Origin: Eledone cirrhosa
Lineage: Eukaryota
DNA length: 64,000 bases
Direction of reading: 5' to 3'
Assembly: GCA_964016885.1 (NCBI GenBank)
Contig: OZ024743.1
Span: forward strand, 209,560,001 to 209,624,000
Positions 43,501 to 58,300 of the stretch are shown in pieces (positions within the stretch are counted from its first letter, which is position 1; each line of letters begins with the position of its first letter). The notes beneath the pieces are model-generated. The model had not been told where the DNA came from. It worked only from the letters and a program-made list of their open reading frames with translations, and ran no database searches. Made by a program: the position numbers and the translations under genes.

Positions 43501-46500
43501 ACCACAGTTTACCATCCTATAGCCACAGATGAAATCTGTTCACACCATAAGATATACCACAGTTTACCATCCTATAGCCACAGATGAAAGCTCTTCACTC
43601 GATAAGATATACCACACTTTACCATCCTATAGCCACAGATGAAAGCTCTTCACTCCATAAGATATACCACAGTTTACCATCCTATAGCCACAGATGAAAG
43701 CTGTTCACTCCATAAGATATACCACAGTTTACCATCCTATAGCCACACATGAAAGCTCTTCACTCCATAAGATATACCACAGTTTACCATCCTATAGCCA
43801 CAGATGAAAGCTGTACACTCCATAAGATATACGACAGTTTACCATCCTATAGCCACAGATGAAAGCTGTTCACTCCATAAGATATACCACAGTTTACCAT
43901 ACTATAGCCACACATGAGAGCTCTTCACTCCATTAGATATACCACAGTTTACCATGCTATGGCCACACATGAGAGCTCTTCACTCCATAAGATATACCAC
44001 AGTTTACCATCCTATAGCCATTCATGAAAGCTCTTCACTCCATAAGATATACCACTCTTTACCATCCTATGGCCACACATGAAAGCTTTTCACTCCATAA
44101 GATATACCACAGTTTACCATGCTATGGCTACACATGAGAGCTCTTCACTCCATAAGATATACCACAGTTTACACTCCTATGGCCACACATGAAAGCTCTT
44201 CACTCCATAATATATTCCACAGTTTACCAACCTATAGTCACACATGAGAGCTCCTCACTCCATAAGATATACCACAGTTTACAATCCTATGGCCACACAT
44301 GAAAGCTCTTCACTCCATAATATATTCCACAGTTTACCATCCTATAGCCAGACATGAGAGCTCTTCACTCCATAAGATATACCACTGTTTACCATCCTAT
44401 GGCCACACATGAAAGCTCTTCACTCCATAAGATATACCACTGTTTACCATCCTATGGCCACACATGAAAGCTTTTCACTCCATAAGATATACCACAGTTT
44501 ACCATCCTATAGCCACACATGAAAGCTCTTCACTCCATAAGATATACCACTGTTTACCATCCTATGGCCACACATGAAAGCTCTTCACTCCATAAAATAT
44601 ACCACAGCTTACCATCCTATAGCGAGATGAATGCTCTTCACTCCATAAAATATACCACAGTTTACCATCCTATAGCCACACATGAAAGCTCTTCACTCCA
44701 TAAGATATACCACAGTTTACCATCATATAGCCAGATGAAAGTTCTTCACTCCATAAGATATACCACAGTTTACCACCCTATGGCCACAGATGAAAGCTCT
44801 TCACTCCATGAGATATACCACAGTTTACCATCCTATAGCCACGCCATGGATGAAAGCTCTTCACTCCATAAGATATACCACAGTTTACAATCCTATAGCG
44901 ACAGATGAAAGCTCTTCACTCCATAAGATATACCACAGTTTACCATCCTATGGCCACAGATGAAAGCTCTTCACTCCGTAAGATATACCACAGTTTACCA
45001 TCCTCTGGCCACAGATGAAAGCTCTTCACTCCATAAGATATACCACAGTTTACCACACTATGGCCACAGATGAAAGCTCTTCACTCCATAAGATATACCA
45101 CAGTTTACCATCCTATAGCCACGCCACGGATGAAAGCTCTTCACTCCATAAGATATACCACAGTTTACCATCCTATAGTCACACATGAAAGCTCTTCACT
45201 CCATAAGATATAACACAGTTTACCATCCTATAGCCAGATGAAAGCTCTTCACTCCATAAGATATACCACAGTTTACAATCCTATAGCGACAGATGAAAGC
45301 TCTTCACTCCATAAGATATACCACAGTTTACCATCCTATGGCCACAGATGAAAGCTCTTCACTCCGTAAGATATACCACAGTTTACCATCCTCTGGCCAC
45401 AGATGAAAGCTCTTCACTCCATAAGGTATACCACAGTTTACAATCCTATAGCCACAGATGAAAGCCCTTCACTCCATAAGATATACCACAGTTTACCATC
45501 CTATAGCCACGCCACGGATGAAAGCTCTTCACTCCATAAGATATACCACAGTTTACCATCCTATAGTCACACATGAAAGCTCTTCACTCCATAAGATATA
45601 ACACAGTTTACCATCCTATAGCCAGATGAAAGCTCTTCACTCCATAAGATATACCACAGTTTAACATCCTATAGCCACATATGAAAGCTCTTCACTCCAT
45701 AAGATATACCACAGTTTACCATCCTATAGCCACACATGAAAGATCTTCACTCCATAAGATATACCACAGTTTACCATCCTATAGCCACAGATGAAAGCTG
45801 TTCACTCCATAAGATATACCACAGTTTACCATCCTATAGCCACACATGAAAGCTCTTCACTCCATAAGATATACCACAGTTTACCATTTTATAGCCACAC
45901 ATGAAAGCTCTTCACTCCATAAGATATACCACAGTTTACCATCCTATAGCCAGATGAAAGCTCTTCACTCCATAAGATATACCACAGTTTACCATCCTAT
46001 AGCTACAGATGAAAGCTGTTCACTCCATAAGATATACCACAGTTTACCATCCTATAGCCAGATGAAAGCTCTTCACTCCCTAAGATATACCACAGTTTAC
46101 CATCCTATAGCCACAGATGAAAGCTGTTCACTCCATAAGATATACCACAGTTTACCATCCTATAGCCAGATGAAAGCTCTTCACTCCATAAGATATACCA
46201 CAGTTTACCATCCTATAGCCACAGATGAAAGCTCTTCACTCCATAAGATATACCACAGTTTACCATCCTATAGCCACAGATGAAAGTTCTTCACTCCATA
46301 AGATATACCACAGTTTACCATCCTATAGCCACAGATGAAAACTCTTCACTCCATAAAATATACCACAGTTTACCATCCTATAGCCACAGATTAAAACTCT
46401 TCACTCCATAAGATATACCACAGTTTACCATCCTATAGCCACAGATGAAAGCTCTTCACTCCATGACATATACCACAGTTTACCATCCTATAGCCACGCC

Positions 46501-47598
46501 ACGGATGAAAGCTCTTCACTCCATAAGATATACCACAGTTTACCATCCTATGGCCACAGATGAAAGCTCTTCACTCCATAAGATATACCACAGTTTACCA
46601 TCCTATAGCCACGCCACGGATGAAAGCTCTTCACTCCATAAGATATACCACAGTTTACAATCCTATAGCCACAGATGAAAGCTCTTCACTCCATAAGATA
46701 TATCACAGTTTACCATCCTATGGCCACAGATGAAAGCTCTTCACTCCATAAGATATACCACAGTTTACCATCCTATAGCCACAGATGAAAGCTCTTCACT
46801 CCATAAGATATACCACAGTTTACCATCATATAGCCACACATGAAAGCTCTTCACTCCATAAGATATACCACAGTTTACCATCCTATAGCCACGCCACGGA
46901 TGAAAGCTCTTCACTCCATAAGATATACCACAGTTTACCATCCTATAGTCACAGATGAAAGCACTTCACTCCATAAGATATACCACAGTTTACCATCCTA
47001 TAGCCACAGATGAAAGCTCTTCACTCCATAAGATATACCACAGTTTACCATCCTATAGCCACAGATGAAAGCTCTTCACTCCATAAGATATACCACAGTT
47101 TACCATTTTATAGCCACACATGAAAGCTCTTCACTCCATAAGATATACCACAGTTTACCATCCTATAGCCAGATGAAAGCTCTTCACTCCATAAGATATA
47201 CCACAGTTTACCATCCTATAGCCACAGATGAAATCTGTTCACACCATAAGATATACCACAGTTTACCATCCTATAGCCACAGATGAAAGCTCTTCACTCG
47301 ATAAGATATACCACACTTTACCATCCTATAGCCACAGATGAAAGCTCTTCACTCCATAAGATATACCACAGTTTACCATCCTATAGCCACAGATGAAAGC
47401 TGTTCACTCCATAAGATATACCACAGTTTACCATCCTATAGCCACACATGAAAGCTCTTCACTCCATAAGATATACCACAGTTTACCATCCTATAGCCAC
47501 AGATGAAAGCTGTACACTCCATAAGATATACGACAGTTTACCATCCTATAGCCACAGATGAAAGCTGTTCACTCCATAAGATATACCACAGTTTACCA
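40590..47598 (+). repeat. Tandem block duplication, 3263-bp (59-monomer) copy followed by a 3699-bp (67-monomer) copy
   Basis: The offset is 3263 for ORFs 41256/44519 and CACGCCATGG at 41577/44840. It becomes 3699 for ORFs 42147/45846, 42746/46445 and 43366/47065 and for CTGTACAC at 43811/47510. Confidence 0.92.
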
Positions 47599-48497
47599 TT
47601 GTATAGCCAGATGAAAGCACTTCACTCCATAAGATATACCACAGTTTACCATCCTATAGCAACAGATGAAACTATTCACTCCATAAGATATACCACAGTT
47701 TACCATCCTATAGCCAGATGAAAGCACTTCACTCCATAAGATATACCACAGTTTACCATCCTATAGCCACAGATGAAAGCTCTTCACTCCATAAGATATA
47801 CCACAGTTTACCATCCTATAGCCACAGATGAAAGCTCTTCACTCCATAAGATATACCACAGTTTACCATCCTATAGCCACAGATGAAAGCTCTTCACTCC
47901 ATAAGATATACCACAGTTTACCATCCTATAGCCACAGATGAAAACTCTTCACTCCATAAGATATACCACAGTTTACCATCCTATAGCCACAGATGAAAGC
48001 TCTTCACTCCATGACATATACCACAGTTTACCATCCTATAGCCACGCCACGGATGAAAGCTCTTCACTCCATAAGATATACCACAGTTTACAATCCTATA
48101 GCCACAGATGAAAGCTCTTCACTCCATAAGATATACCACAGTTTACCATCCTATGGCCACAGATGAAAGCTCTTCACTCCATAAGATATACCACAGTTTA
48201 CCATCCTATGGCCACAGATGAAAGCTCTTCACTCCATAAGATATACCACAGTTTACCACCCTATGGCCACAGATGAAAGCTCTTCACTCCATAAGATATA
48301 CCACAGTTTACCATCCTGTGGCCACGCCACGGATGAAAGCTCTTCACTCCATGAGATATACCACAGTTTACAATCCTATAGCCACAGATGAAAGCTCTTC
48401 ACTCCATAAGATATACCACAGTTTACCATCCTATGGCCACAGATGAAAGCTCTTCACTCCATAAGATATACCACAGTTTACCATCCTATAGCCACAT

Positions 48498-51400
48498 ATG
48501 AAAGCTGTTCACTCCATAAGATATACCACAGTTTACCATCCTATAGCCACACATGAAAGCTCTTCACTCCATAAGATATACCACAGTTTACCATCCTATA
48601 ACCAGATGAAAGCTCTTCACTCCATAAGATATACCACAGTTTACCATCCTATAGCCACAGATGAAAGCTGTTCTCTCCAAAAGATATACCACAGTTTACC
48701 ATTGTATAGCCAGATGAAAGCTCTTCACTCCATAAGATATACCACAGTTTACCATCCTATAACCACAGATGAAAGCTGCTCACTCCATAAGATATACCAC
48801 AGTTTACCATCCTATAGCCAGATGAAAGCACTTCACTCCATAAGATATACCACAGTTTACCATCCTATAGCCACGCCACGGATGAAAGCTCTTCACTCCA
48901 TAAGATATACCACAGTTTACCATCCTATAGCCACAGATGAAAGCTCTTCACTCCATAAGATATACCACAGTTTACCATCCTATAGCCACAGATGAAAGCT
49001 CTTTACCCCATAAGATATACCACAGTTTACCATCCTATAGCCACACATGAAAGCTCTTCACCCCATAAGATATATCACAGTTTACCATCCTATTGCCACA
49101 GATGAAAGCTGTTCACTCCATAAGATATACCACAGTTAACCATCCTATAGCCACAGATGAAAGCTCTTCACTCCATAAGATATACCACAGTTTACCATCC
49201 TATGGCCACAGATGAAAGCTCTTCACTCCATAAGATATACCACAGTTTACCATCCTATAGCCACAGATGAAAGCTCTTCACTCCATAAGATATACCACAG
49301 TTTACCATCATATAGCCACACATGAAAGCTCTTCACTCCATAAGATATACCACAGTTTACCATCCTATAGCCACGCCACGGATGAAAGCTCTTCACTCCA
49401 TAAGATATACCACAGTTTACCATCCTATAGTCACAGATGAAAGCTCTTCACTCCATAAGATATAACACAGTTTACCATCCTATAGCCAGATGAAAGCTCT
49501 TCACTCCATAAGATATACCACAGTTTACCATCCTATAGCCACAGATGAAAGCTCTTCACTCCATAAGATATACCACAGTTTACCATCCTATAGCCACAGA
49601 TGAAAGCTCTTCACTCCATAAGATATACCACAGTTTACCATTTTATAGCCTCACATGAAAGCACTTCACTCCATAAGAGATACCACAGTTTACCATCCTA
49701 TAGCCAGATGAAAGCTCTTCACTCCATAAGATATACCACAGTTTACCATCCTATAGCCACAGATGAAATCTGTTCACTCCATAAGATATACCACAGTTTA
49801 CCATCCTATAGCCACAGATGAAAGCTCTTCACTCCATAAGATATACCACACTTTACCATCCTATAGCCACAGATGAAAGCTCTTCACTCCATAAGATATA
49901 CCACAGTTTACCATCCTATAGCCACAGATGAAAGCTGTTCACTCCATAAGATATACCACAGTTTACCATCCTATAGCCACACATGAAAGCTCTTCACTCC
50001 ATAAGATATACCACAGTTTACCATCCTATAGCCAGATGAAAGCTCTTCACTCCATAAGATATACCACAGTTTACCATCCTATAGCCACAGATGAAAGCTG
50101 TTCTCTCCATAAGATATACCACAGTTTACCATTCTATAGCCAGATGAAAGCTCTTCACTCCATAAGATATACCACAGTTTACCATCCTATAGCCACAGAT
50201 GAAAGCTGTTCAATCCATAAGATATACCACAGTTTACCATCCTATAGCCAGATGAAAGCACTTCACTCCATAAGATATACCACAGTTTACCATCCTATAG
50301 CCACGCCACGGATGAAAGCTCTTCACTCCATAAGATATACCACAGTTTACCATCCTATAGCCACAGATGAAAGCTCTTCACTCCATAAGATATACCACAG
50401 TTTACCATCCTATAGCCACAGATGAAAGCTCTTTACCCCATAAGATATACCACAGTTTACCATCCTATAGCCACACATGAAAGCTCTTCACCCCATAAGA
50501 TATATCACAGTTTACCATCCTATTGCCACAGATGAAAGCTGTTCACTCCATAAGATATACCACAGTTTACCTTCCTATAGCCAGATGAAAGCTCTTCACT
50601 CCATAAGATATACCACAGTTTACCATCCTATAGCCACAGATGAAAGCTGTTCACTCCATAAGATATACCACAGTTTACCATCCTATAGCCACAGATGAAA
50701 GCTCTTCACTCCATAAGATATACCACAGTTAACCATCCTATAGCCACAGATGAAAGCTCTTCACTCCATAAGATATACCACAGTTTACCATCCTATGGCC
50801 ACAGATGAAAGCTCTTCACTCCATAAGATATACCACAGTTTACCATCCTATAGCCACAGATGAAAGCTCTTCACTCCATAAGATATACCACAGTTTACCA
50901 TCATATAGCCACACATGAAAGCTCTTCACTCCATAAGATATACCACAGTTTACCATCCTATAGCCACGCCACGGATGAAAGCTCTTCACTCCATAAGATA
51001 TACCACAGTTTACCATCCTATAGTCACACATGAAAGCTCTTCACTCCATAAGATATAACACAGTTTACAATCCTATAGCCACATGAAAGCTCTTCACTCC
51101 ATAAGATATACCACAGTTTACCATCCTATAGCCACAGATGAAAGCTCTTCACTCCATAAGATATACCACAGTTTACCATCCTATAGCCACAGATGAAAGC
51201 TCTTCACTCCATAAGATATACCACAGTTTACCATTTTATAGCCTCACATGAAAGCTCTTCACTCCATAAGAGATACCACAGTTTACCATCCTATAGCCAG
51301 ATGAAAGCTCTTCACTCCATAAGATATACCACAGTTTACCATCCTATAGCCACAGATGAAATCTGTTCACTCCATAAGATATACCACAGTTTACCATCCT

Positions 51401-52340
51401 ATAGCCACAGATGAAAGCTCTTCACTCCATAAGATATACCACACTTTACCATCCTATAGCCACAGATGAAAGCTCTTCACTCCATAAGATATACCACAGT
51501 TTACCATCCTATAGCCACAGATGAAAGCTGTTCACTCCATAAGATATACCACAGTTTACCATCCTATAGCCACACATGAAAGCTCTTCACTCCATAAGAT
51601 ATACCACAGTTTACCATCCTATAGCCAGATGAAAGCTCTTCACTCCATAAGATATACCACAGTTTACCATCCTATAGCCACAGATGAAAGCTGTTCTCTC
51701 CATAAGATATACCACAGTTTACCATTGTATAGCCAGATGAAAGCTCTTCACTCCATAAGATATACCACAGTTTACCATCCTATAGCCACAGATGAAAGCT
51801 GTTCAATCCATAAGATATACCACAGTTTACCATCCTATAGCCAGATGAAAGCACTTCACTCCATAAGATATACCACAGTTTACCGTCCTATAGCCACAGA
51901 TGAAAGCTCTTCACTCCATAAGATATACCACAGTTTACCATCCTATAGCCACAGATGAAAGCTCTTCACTCCATAAGATATAACACAGTTTACCATCCTA
52001 TAGCCACAGATGAAAGCTCTTCACTCCATAAGATATACCACAGTTTACCATCCTATAGCCACAGATGAAAGCTCTTTACCCCATAAGATATACCACAGTT
52101 TACCATCCTATAGCCACACATGAAAGCTCTTCACCCCATAAGATATACCACAGTTTACCATCCTATTGCCACAGATGAAAGCTGTTCACTCCATAAGATA
52201 TACCACAGTTTACCTTCCTATAGCCAGATGAAAGCTCTTCACTCCATAAGATATACCACAGTTTACCATCCTATAGCCACAGATGAAAGCTGTTCACTCC
52301 ATAAGATATACCACAGTTTACCATCCTATAGCCACAGATG
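48498..52340 (+). repeat. Two to three related units with 1430-1643 bp period (main period 1593 bp, 29 monomers)
   Basis: ORF offsets are 48498/49928 (1430), 49600/51193 and 49928/51521 (1593), and 50477/52120 (1643). Markers: TTAACC at 49136/50729, GCCTCACATG, GCTCTTTACCCC. Confidence 0.85.
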
Positions 52341-55300
52341 AAAGCTCTTCACTCCATAAGATATACCACAGTTTACCATCCTATAGCCACAGATGAAAGC
52401 TCTTCACTCCATAAGATATACCACAGTTTACCATCCTATAGCCACAGATGAAAGCTCTTCACTCCATAAGATATACCACAGTTTACCATCCTATAGCCAC
52501 AGATGAAAGCTCTTCACTCCATAAGATATACCACAGTTTACCATCCTATAGCCACAGATGAAAGCTCTTCACTCCATAAGATATACCACAGTTTACCATC
52601 CTATAGCCACAGATGAAAGCTCTTCACCCCATAAGATATACCACAGTTTACCATCCTATAGCCACACATGAAGGCTCTTCACCCCATAAGATATACCACA
52701 GTTTACCATCCTATTGCCACAGATGAAAGCTGTTCACTCCATAAGATATACCACAGTTTACCATCCTATAGCCACACATGAAAGCTCTTCACTCTATAAG
52801 ATATACCACAGTTTACCATCCTATAGCCACACATGAAATCTCTTCACTCCATAAGATATACCACAGTTTACCATCCTATGGCCACAGATGAAAGCTCTTC
52901 ACTCCATAAGATATACCAAAGTTTACCACCCTATGGCCACAGATGAAAGCTCTTCACTCCATAACATATACCACAGTTTACCATCATATAGCCACACATG
53001 AAAGCTCTTCACTCCATAAGATATACCACAGTTTACCATCCTATAGCCACAGATGAAAGCTCTTCACTCCATAGGATATACCACAGTTTACCATCCTATA
53101 GCCACAGATGAAAGCTCTCCACTCCATAAGATATACCACAGTTTACCATCCTATAGCCACAGATGAAAGCTCTTCACTCCATAAGATATACCACAGTTTA
53201 CCATCCTATAGCCACAGATGAAAGCCCTTCACCCCATAAGATATACCACAGTTTACCATCCTATAGCCATACATGAAAGCTCTTCACCCCATAAGATATA
53301 CCACAGTTTACCATCATATTGCCACAGATGAAAGCTGTTCACTCCATAAGATATACGACAGTTTACCATCCTATAGCCACACATGAAATCTCTTCACTCC
53401 ATAAGATATACCTCAGTTTACCATCCTATAGCCAGATGAAAGCTCTTCACTCCATAAGATATACCACAGTTTACCATCCTATAGCCACAGATGAAATCTG
53501 TTCACTCCATAAGGTATACCACAGTTTACCATCCTATAGACACAGATGAAAGCTGTTCACTCCATAAGATATACCACAGTTTACCATCCTATAGCCACAG
53601 ATGAAAGCTCTTCACTCCATAAGATATACCACACTTTACCATCCTATAGCCACAGATGAAAGCTCTTCACTCCATAAGATATACCACTGTTTACCATCCT
53701 ATAGCCACTGATGAAAGCTCTTCACTCCATAAGATATGCCACAGTTTACCATCATATAGCCACACATGAAGGCTCTTCACTCCATAAGATATACCACAGT
53801 TTACCATCCTATAGTCACACATGAAAGCTCTTCACTCCATAAGATATACCACAGTTTACCATTTTATAGCCACACATGAAAGCTCTTCACTCCATAAGAT
53901 ATACCACAGTTTACCATCCTATAGCCAGATGAAAGCTCTTCACTCCATAAGATATACCACAGTTTACCATCCTATAGCCACAGATGAAAGCTCTTCACTC
54001 CATAAGATATACCACAGTTTACCATTCTATAGCCACAGATGAAAGCTGTTCACTCCATAAGATATACCACAGTTTACCATCCTATAGCCAGATGAAAGCT
54101 CTTCACTCCATAAGATATACCACAGTTTACCATCCTATAGCCACAGATGAAAGCTGTTCACTCCATAAGATATACCGCAGTTTACCATCCTATAGCCAGA
54201 TGAAAGCTCTTCACTCCATAAGATATACCACAGTTTACCATCCTATAGCCACAGATGAAAGCTCTTCACTCCATAAGATATACCACAGTTTACCATCCTA
54301 TAGCCACAGATGAAAGCTCTTCACTCCATAAGATATACCACAGTTTACCATCCTATAGCCACATATGAAAGGTCTTCACTCCATAAGATATACCACAGTT
54401 TACCATCCTATAGCCACAGATGAAAGCTCTTCACTCCATAAGATATACCACAGTTTACCATCCTATAGCCACATATGAAAGGTCTTCACTCCATAAGATA
54501 TACCACAGTTTACCATCCTATAGCCACAGATGAAAGCTCTTCACTCCATAAGATATACCACAGTTTACCATCCTATAGCCACAGATGAAAGCTCTTCACT
54601 CCATAAGATATACCACAGTTTACCATCCTATAGCCACATATGAAAGGTCTTCACTCCATAAGATATACCACAGTTTACCATCCTATAGCCACAGATGAAA
54701 GCTCTTCACTCCATAAGATATACCACAGTTTACCATCCTATAGCCACAGATGAAAGCTCTTCACTCCATAAGATATACCACAGTTTACCATCCTATAGCC
54801 ACGCCACGGATGAAAGCTCTTCACTCCATAAGATATACCACAGTTTACCATCCTATAGTCACACATGAAAGCTCTTCACTCCATAAGATATACCACAGTT
54901 TACCATTTTATAACCACACATGAAAGCTCTTCACTCCATAAGATATACCACAGTTTACCATCCTATAGCCAGATGAAAGCTCTTCACTCCATAAGATATA
55001 CCACAGTTTACCATCCTATAGCCACAGATGAAATCTGTTCACTCCATAAGATATACCACAGTTTACCATCCTATAGCCACAGATGAAAGCTCTTCACTCC
55101 ATAAGATATACCACACTTTACCATCCTATAGCCACAGATGAAAGCTCTTCACTCCATAAGATATACCACAGTTTACCATCCTATAGCCACAGATGAAAGC
55201 TCTTCACTCCATAAGATATACCACAGTTTACCATCCTATAGCCACAGATGAAAGCTGTTCACTCCATAAGATATACCACAGTTTACCATCCTATAGCCAC

Positions 55301-58300
55301 ACATGAAAACTCTTCACTCCATAAGATACACCACAGTTTACCATTCTATAGCCACTGATGAAAGCTGTTCACTCCATAAGATATACCACAGTTTACCATC
55401 CTATAGCCACAGATAAAAGCTCTTCACTCCATAAGATATACCACAGTTTACCATCCTATAGCCACAGATGAAAGCTGTTCACTCCATAAGATATACCACA
55501 GTTTACCATCCTATAGCCAGATGAAAGCTCTTCACTCCATAAGATAACCACAGTTTAACATCATATAGCCACAGATCAAAGCTGTTCACTCCATAAGATA
55601 TACCACAGTTTACCATCCTATAGCCAGATGAAAGCTCTTCACTCCATAAGATATACCACAGTTTACCATCCTATAGCCACAGATGAAAGCTCTTCACTCC
55701 ATAAGATATACCACAGTTTACCATCCTATAGCCACAGATGAAAGCTCTTCACCCCATAAGATATACCACAGTTTACCATCCTATAGCCACAGATGAAAGC
55801 TCTTCACCCCATAAGATATACCACAGTTTACCATCCTATAGCCACACATGAAAGCTCTTCACCCCATAAGATATACCACACTTTACCATCCTATTGCCAC
55901 AGATGAAAGCTGTTCACTCCATAAGATATACCACAGTTTACCATCCTATAGCCACACATGAAAGCTCTTCACTCCATAAGATATACCACAGTTTACCATC
56001 CTATAGCCAGATGAAAGCTCTTCACTCCATAAGATATACCACAGTTTACCATCCTATAGCCACAGATGAATGCTGTTCTCTCCATAAGATATACCACAGT
56101 TTACCATTGTATAGCCAGATGAAAGCTCTTCACTCCATAAGATATACCACAGTTTACCATCCTATAGCCACAGATGAAAGCTGTTCAATCCATAAGATAT
56201 ACCACAGTTTACCATCCTATAGCCAGATGAAAGCACTTCACTCCATAAGATATACCACAGTTTACCGTCCTATAGCCACAGATGAAAGCTCTTCACTCCA
56301 TAAGATATACCACAGTTTACCATCCTATAGCCACAGATGAAAGCTGTTCACTCCATAAGATATACCACAGTTTACCATCCTATAGCCAGATGAAAGCTCT
56401 TCACTCCATAAGATATACCACAGTTTACCATCCTATAGCCACAGATGAAAGCTCTTCACTCCATAAGATATACCACAGTTTACCATCCTATAGCCACAGA
56501 TGAAAGCTCTTCACTCCATAAGATATACCACAGTTTACCATCCTATAGCCACATATGAAAGGTCTTCACTCCATAAGATATACCACAGTTTACCATCCTA
56601 TAGCCACAGATGAAAGCTCTTCACTCCATAAGATATACCACAGTTTACCATCCTATAGCCACATATGAAAGGTCTTCACTCCATAAGATATACCACAGTT
56701 TACCATCCTATAGCCACAGATGAAAGCTCTTCACTCCATAAGATATACCACAGTTTACCATCCTATAGCCACAGATGAAAGCTCTTCACTCCATAAGATA
56801 TACCACAGTTTACCATCCTATAGCCACATATGAAAGGTCTTCACTCCATAAGATATACCACAGTTTACCATCCTATAGCCACAGATGAAAGCTCTTCACT
56901 CCATAAGATATACCACAGTTTACCATCCTATAGCCACAGATGAAAGCTCTTCACTCCATAAGATATACCACAGTTTACCATCCTATAGCCACGCCACGGA
57001 TGAAAGCTCTTCACTCCATAAGATATACCACAGTTTACCATCCTATAGTCACACATGAAAGCTCTTCACTCCATAAGATATACCACAGTTTACCATTTTA
57101 TAACCACACATGAAAGCTCTTCACTCCATAAGATATACCACAGTTTACCATCCTATAGCCAGATGAAAGCTCTTCACTCCATAAGATATACCACAGTTTA
57201 CCATCCTATAGCCACAGATGAAATCTGTTCACTCCATAAGATATACCACAGTTTACCATCCTATAGCCACAGATGAAAGCTCTTCACTCCATAAGATATA
57301 CCACACTTTACCATCCTATAGCCACAGATGAAAGCTCTTCACTCCATAAGATATACCACAGTTTACCATCCTATAGCCACAGATGAAAGCTCTTCACTCC
57401 ATAAGATATACCACAGTTTACCATCCTATAGCCACAGATGAAAGCTGTTCACTCCATAAGATATACCACAGTTTACCATCCTATAGCCACACATGAAAAC
57501 TCTTCACTCCATAAGATACACCACAGTTTACCATTCTATAGCCACTGATGAAAGCTGTTCACTCCATAAGATATACCACAGTTTACCATCCTATAGCCAC
57601 AGATAAAAGCTCTTCACTCCATAAGATATACCACAGTTTACCATCCTATAGCCACAGATGAAAGCTGTTCACTCCATAAGATATACCACAGTTTACCATC
57701 CTATAGCCAGATGAAAGCTCTTCACTCCATAAGATAACCACAGTTTAACATCATATAGCCACAGATCAAAGCTGTTCACTCCATAAGATATACCACAGTT
57801 TACCATCCTATAGCCAGATGAAAGCTCTTCACTCCATAAGATATACCACAGTTTACCATCCTATAGCCACAGATGAAAGCTCTTCACTCCATAAGATATA
57901 CCACAGTTTACCATCCTATAGCCACAGATGAAAGCTCTTCACCCCATAAGATATACCACAGTTTACCATCCTATAGCCACAGATGAAAGCTCTTCACCCC
58001 ATAAGATATACCACAGTTTACCATCCTATAGCCACACATGAAAGCTCTTCACCCCATAAGATATACCACACTTTACCATCCTATTGCCACAGATGAAAGC
58101 TGTTCACTCCATAAGATATACCACAGTTTACCATCCTATAGCCACACATGAAAGCTCTTCACTCCATAAGATATACCACAGTTTACCATCCTATAGCCAG
58201 ATGAAAGCTCTTCACTCCATAAGATATACCACAGTTTACCATCCTATAGCCACAGATGAAAGCTGTTCTCTCCATAAGATATACCACAGTTTACCATTGT

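Noticed and set aside
14607-51031. Minus-strand ORFs rich in Cys/Trp (e.g. MCVYRMVNCGISYGVKSFHPW...)
   Set aside because: They arise where 60-mers or point variants avoid stops in the antisense repeat, so they are the same artefact.
53700-53730. Hammerhead ribozyme or box C/D motif (CAGATGA, variant CTGATGA at ~53709 and ~55336)
   Set aside because: CTGATGA is a rare point variant. There is no stem II followed by a separate GAAA, no stems I and III, and no box D on either strand of the consensus.
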